Of a stretch of DNA of 47,388 nucleotides, positions 45,936 to 47,388 are shown one piece after another (position 1 is the first letter of the stretch; each line of letters begins with the position of its first letter). The DNA comes from a virus (Duplodnaviria > Heunggongvirae > Uroviricota > Caudoviricetes). The notes beneath the pieces were generated by a model. The model was given only the letters and a program-made list of their open reading frames with translations, searched no databases and had not been told where the DNA came from. The stretch lies in IMG/VR virus record IMGVR_UViG_2558860288_000006; one strand, written 5' to 3'. The position numbers and the translations under genes are program-made.

Positions 45936-46151
45936 ATGGCACAAGTAATCTTTAATGAAGAGTGGATGGTTGAATACGGCCTGATGCTTCGCACTGGTCT
46001 GGGGGCCAGACAAATTGAAGCATACCGCCAGAACTGTTGGGTGGAGGGCTTCCACTTCAAACGAGTATCTCCTTTAGGTAAGCCAGACAGCAAACGAGGG
46101 ATTATCTGGTACAACTATCCAAAGATAAATCAGTTTATCAAAGACTCATGA
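45936..46151 (+). CDS. xisR: Excisionase (Xis)
   Basis: 71 aa from ATG at 45936 with a GAGGTG SD; stop 1 nt before the integrase start; the track start at 45912 is TTG. Confidence 0.5.
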   Translation: MAQVIFNEEWMVEYGLMLRTGLGARQIEAYRQNCWVEGFHFKRVSPLGKPDSKRGIIWYNYPKINQFIKDS

Positions 46152-46152
46152 T

Positions 46153-47388
46153 ATGTCTAAATTACCAACAGGTGTCGAGATTAGAGGTAGAAACATTCGC
46201 ATCTGGTTCATGTTTCGAGGAAAACGATGTCGGGAAACATTAAAAGGCTGGGAGATTACAAACAGTAATATTAAAAAGGCCGGAAATTTAAGAGCGCTGA
46301 TAGTTCATGAAATAAACTCCGGTGAATTTGAGTATTTAAGACGTTTTCCCCAGTCCAGCACTGGGGCAAAAATGGTGACAACGAGAGTCATAAAAACGTT
46401 CGGGGAGCTTTGTGATATCTGGACAAAAATTAAAGAGACAGAGTTAACAACAAACACAATGAAGAAAACGAAATCACAATTAAAAACACTCAGAATAATA
46501 ATTTGTGAAAGTACCCCGATATCATATATTCGTTATAGCGATATCTTAAACTACCGGAATGAACTGCTGCATGGAGAAACGCTTTACCTGGATAATCCAA
46601 GATCCAACAAAAAAGGAAGAACCGTGCGCACAGTTGATAACTATATCGCCCTGCTCTGTTCGCTGTTACGTTTTGCGTATCAGTCGGGATTTATATCAAC
46701 CAAACCATTTGAAGGAGTAAAAAAATTACAGCGAAACAGAATAAAGCCTGACCCGTTATCTAAAACAGAATTCAATGCATTAATGGAAAGTGAAAAAGGA
46801 CAGAGCCAAAACTTGTGGAAATTTGCCGTTTACTCCGGGCTTCGTCACGGGGAACTGGCAGCTCTGGCGTGGGAGGATGTGGATTTCGAGAAGGGAATTG
46901 TGAATGTCAGAAGAAACCTGACGATACTTGATATGTTCGGTCCCCCAAAAACAAATGCCGGGATCCGGACGGTAACATTACTACAGCCAGCTCTTGAAGC
47001 ACTGAAGGAGCAATACAAACTGACCGGGCATCATCGCAAAAGCGAAATCACTTTTTATCATCGGGAGTACGGCAGAACCGAAAAGCAAAAACTGCATTTT
47101 GTTTTCATGCCCAGGATGTGTAACGGAAAACAGAAACCTTATTACTCGGTAAGCAGTTTGGGTGCGAGATGGAATGCAGCAGTAAAACGTGCTGGTATTC
47201 GCCGCCGTAATCCGTACCATACGCGACATACTTTTGCCTGCTGGCTGTTGACGGCAGGAGCGAACCCGGCATTTATAGCCAGCCAGATGGGGCATGAAAC
47301 TGCGCAGATGGTGTATGAAATTTACGGTATGTGGATTGATGACATGAACGACGAACAGGTAGCTATATTGAATGCGCGGTTATCGTAG
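46153..47388 (+). CDS. intR: Tyrosine-type site-specific integrase
   Basis: 411 aa; catalytic-domain signatures ...NPYHTRHTFACWLL...IASQMGHETAQMVYEIYGMW (R/H-x-x-R/H ... Y); terminal gene of the window. Confidence 0.85.
   Translation: MSKLPTGVEIRGRNIRIWFMFRGKRCRETLKGWEITNSNIKKAGNLRALIVHEINSGEFEYLRRFPQSSTGAKMVTTRVIKTFGELCDIWTKIKETELTTNTMKKTKSQLKTLRIIICESTPISYIRYSDILNYRNELLHGETLYLDNPRSNKKGRTVRTVDNYIALLCSLLRFAYQSGFISTKPFEGVKKLQRNRIKPDPLSKTEFNALMESEKGQSQNLWKFAVYSGLRHGELAALAWEDVDFEKGIVNVRRNLTILDMFGPPKTNAGIRTVTLLQPALEALKEQYKLTGHHRKSEITFYHREYGRTEKQKLHFVFMPRMCNGKQKPYYSVSSLGARWNAAVKRAGIRRRNPYHTRHTFACWLLTAGANPAFIASQMGHETAQMVYEIYGMWIDDMNDEQVAILNARLS

Larger units (their letters stand above)
1..47388. 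mobile_element. Near-complete temperate phage (prophage) genome; attachment sites not visible inside the window
   Basis: Contiguous integrase, excisionase, immunity, replication, Q, lysis, terminase, head, contractile tail and fibre genes; integrase stop codon is the last three bases of the window. Confidence 0.85.

Noticed and set aside
1-47388. CRISPR arrays, rRNA genes, insertion sequences/transposases
   Set aside because: No regularly spaced direct repeats with unique spacers, no rRNA-like conserved stretches and no transposase-like ORFs with terminal inverted repeats were found on reading both strands.

Overview
The window is essentially one ~47 kb temperate-phage genome (prophage) of enterobacterial type; no rRNA, tRNA, CRISPR array or transposase was seen. 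The late genes are on the minus strand on the left: two tail-fibre/assembly cassettes (1.0-5.0 kb), a P2/Mu-style baseplate and contractile tail (5-17.8 kb, with a -1 frameshift chaperone), a lambda-like head module (17.8-23.5 kb), terminase (23.5-25.9 kb), a ParB-like gene, a lysis cassette (28.4-29.5 kb) and a Q/nin-type region (30.6-32.1 kb). The right third (35-47.4 kb) is a Rac-like early region: DnaC-like loader, replication initiator, Cro-like/repressor pair with repeated operators, KilR, RecE/RecT-like recombination genes, Lar, excisionase and a tyrosine integrase that ends on the last base. Cargo sits between these modules. The strongest candidate is a plus-strand, AT-rich operon at 32.9-34.9 kb encoding a Pol-beta-type nucleotidyltransferase (GS...DxD motif) followed 5 nt later by a small multi-helix membrane protein, next to a Hok-family toxin gene. 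The second is an AT-rich gene for a PD-(D/E)xK (HsdR-N/Mrr-like) nuclease-domain protein inserted between baseplate genes with its own hairpin terminator. Others are an orphan gene at the tail-fibre end, an AraC-family regulator between Q and lysis, and a DxD-motif protein beside the ParB-like gene. All calls are by eye from sequence, motifs, gene order and protein lengths; no database search was run.
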